Source: Rhizaria sp. SCN 62-66
Lineage: Eukaryota
NCBI GenBank assembly: GCA_001724265.1
Contig: MEDY01000017.1
Span: 123,039 to 143,038 of the forward strand
Length of the DNA: 20,000 nt
Direction of reading: 5' to 3'
In this document: positions 17,965 to 20,000 of the stretch, piece after piece
Layout: each line of letters opens with the position of its first letter
Numbering within the stretch: the stretch's first letter is position 1
Program-made: the position numbers and the translations under genes
Notes under the pieces: generated by a model
The model's input: the letters and a program-made list of their open reading frames with translations, nothing else
Database searches by the model: none
What the model was told of the DNA's origin: nothing

Positions 17965-19383
17965 ATGGACGACGCTCACATCGAGTATCGAGCCCGTCAG
18001 CATGCAGCCCTTGCCCGTGAGCTCTACCTCTCGCTTCAGGCGTGCAGTGGCACTCTTGCTGCGCCACCTGTAGTTTTATGGACTACTGGCGTGGCAGCCT
18101 CCGCCTTGCCGACCCTGTTGACCCCGATTGCCGCCTGTATCCCGCCTCAGACATGCCATGGTCCCACACCGGTCGCAGTCTCCGCACCCGCGACAATGTC
18201 AGATTCGGTCTCGTCAAGTGCATGCGCGCTCGCTGCTCGCGTCTTAGCTGTGCACCATCCGCCTGGCAGCGTTCTCTAGCCTGCTAGTGACTGCGACGCT
18301 GACTACAGCGACGAGGACACACACCGTGACGGTGATGCCAGCAACACCAAGAGTGTCAGAGACGACACTAGCGGCACGGCTGAGACCGAGGCGACGTCTG
18401 CAGTGGCTGTTGTGGCGCTGCTGCAACTCCTCCCGCATCCCACTTTTGACTATAAAGCCCTGCTTACAGTCACACAGCCATCAGCAACAGCTCCCGTGCA
18501 GAGTCGCTGTCGCAATCAAAGTCCCAGTCAAAGTCCCAGTCAAAGTCGCAGCCGAGATGACGACCACGACGACAACGACAGCGCTGTCGACGACGGGGGC
18601 CGGTGGGGCGGGTGGGGCGGCTACAGCAGCAGTGACGACGGTCACGGCGAGCTGAGTTGTGCCGACGGACACAGCTACGGCGAGAACATCGACTGCGGTG
18701 ACGACTCCAACAGTAACAGCGCACACAGCGGAGCTCGCTTCAGTGTTGATGCGGCGGAGACTGAGCTTGCGGCCGCGGTGCAGCGCAACAGGGCCGCGTT
18801 TGTGCTACATAGCTCGGGTCGGTTAGAGACAGGCGACCGTGAGCCGCGAACGGATTCAAGGGACTGTGAGCAAGGCAAAGCTCCAAACGACTGTGAGTAT
18901 GACGCGTTATGTGACCGTGGAATGTGGGTACTTGTTGGGTTGCACATGCCTTACGGATACACACTTATCGCACAGGGCTCCCGCGAGTGTGAGCGCGACA
19001 GCAAGATCAACATGAATCAGTACTCACAATCTCAGTCATCGCTGTCACACGCTCAGACACAATCTCAGCCTTGTAGAGAACTTCATCAGCAGCAGCAGAG
19101 GTCTCGCTGGTGGACCAGTCTGTCACGATGCCTGTCTCGCGAGTGTCGCGGTACTCAAGGTTGCGCACACAGCTCCCCCAGCAACAACGAGTCGCACAGC
19201 AACAGCAACGCGATCCGAATTCTTGAGAGTGACACACACAGCGATTGTGAGCTCGGGCTGTTTGAGGCGCTTGAGGACTATGCACTGTGGCGGCTTGTAC
19301 ACAGTAAGTATTGCAACAAGAACACTCAAACACGCGAGGGAGCCAATGACGGAGCAAACAGCGAGGCAAGTGCCATGAACTAA
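17965..19383 (+). CDS. Unknown protein, 473-codon frame with one internal TAG at 18277-18279 (readthrough, intron acceptor, nonsense allele or sequencing error)
   Basis: ORFs 17965..18279 and 18403..19383 are in the same frame and the 41 codons between them are open (PASDCDADYSDEDTHR...). GC-richer coding-like composition is bounded by AT-rich spacers at both ends; ends TAA. No family recognised. Confidence 0.6.
18517..18551 (+). repeat. 12-bp tandem repeat (CAAAGTCCCAGT, about 3 copies) encoding QSPSQSPSQSRS
   Basis: caaagtcccagt caaagtcccagt caaagtcgcag read directly. Confidence 0.8.
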
Positions 19384-19693
19384 GACAAAACATTTTGATT
19401 GAATACATATTTTTTCAGACATCGGTAGAAAGCTTAACTGAATATAAAACGGATATCACATGTATTGTTATGTTTTATTATGTTTTGCTATATTATTTAC
19501 AGTTGTTGTTTTCTTTTGTTGGCGCATAATTGTACTTTAGCAACACGACGGTAAACTCGCAGCTCACACGCACATCAGCTCAGCTTAGCTCAGCGGCTTT
19601 CATTCAACACAACGGACTGAAGGCGCGACCGACACAGAGTATGACGATGCGATATGAACATGACGTGGCGGTAACCAAGCGAAGGCAAGTCGC

Positions 19694-20000
19694 TTAGTCC
19701 TCCTCGTCCCAGTGCTGCTTGTTGCCGGGGAGCTTGGGCCCACCGGCAGCCTTGCACTGGATGATCTGGTCGACGCGGAGGATGGTCGCGACGGCGTCCA
19801 TGACGAGGCGCAGCGCGGAGGAGCGCACGGCGTGCAGATCCAGCACGCCCGCGGCCGCTGCGTCCATGATGGTGCTCTCGCCGGGCGCGGCCTCGATGTT
19901 GACGCCCATGGCGCGCTGGCCCTTCTCGTGCGCCTCGATCAGCGCCGCCACGGTCTCGGTGGCGTTCTGGCCGGCGTTCTCGGCCAGCGTGCGCGGGATC
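19694..20000 (-). CDS. CCT8: T-complex protein 1 subunit theta, C-terminal part (5'-partial)
   Basis: IPRTLAENAG...GVNIE...AGVLD...TILRVDQIIQCKAAGGPK...WDEED*; the LRVDQII..K.AGGPK...WD tail is characteristic of CCT theta. Ends TAA. Confidence 0.93.
   Translation of the reverse strand, partial: IPRTLAENAGQNATETVAALIEAHEKGQRAMGVNIEAAPGESTIMDAAAAGVLDLHAVRSSALRLVMDAVATILRVDQIIQCKAAGGPKLPGNKQHWDEED

Noticed and set aside
19576..19594. Short CAGCT/TAGCT pentamer repeat in the CCT8 3' UTR
   Set aside because: About four imperfect copies; too short to imply function and not CRISPR- or transposon-like.

Overview
Compact, gene-dense eukaryotic DNA, most likely from a flagellated protist (radial spoke gene, GC-rich exons, AT-richer introns and spacers, GT-AG spliceosomal introns). 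I read seven protein-coding genes: (1) a partial low-complexity plus coiled-coil protein (-, <1..3463, one intron); (2) radial spoke protein 3 with an apparent C-terminal ubiquitin-like domain (+, 4134..5819); (3) a much expanded Integrator subunit 9-like protein (+, 6121..11106, one intron); (4) mitochondrial-type Lon protease with large insertions (-, 11450..15967); (5) a four-exon pICln/CLNS1A (-, 16400..17808); (6) an unknown gene whose 473-codon frame is interrupted by a single in-frame TAG (+, 17965..19383); (7) the 3' end of CCT8 (-, 19694..>20000). Best leads: the internal TAG (none of the six visible gene ends uses TAG), splice-acceptor-like sites 2-7 nt before three start codons (possible spliced-leader trans-splicing or 5' UTR introns), a 5' splice-site consensus with no A at +4 (mostly GTACGT), and the RSP3-Ubl fusion. 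All family calls come from motif recognition by eye; no searches were run. I found no RNA genes, mobile elements or CRISPR arrays that I can support.
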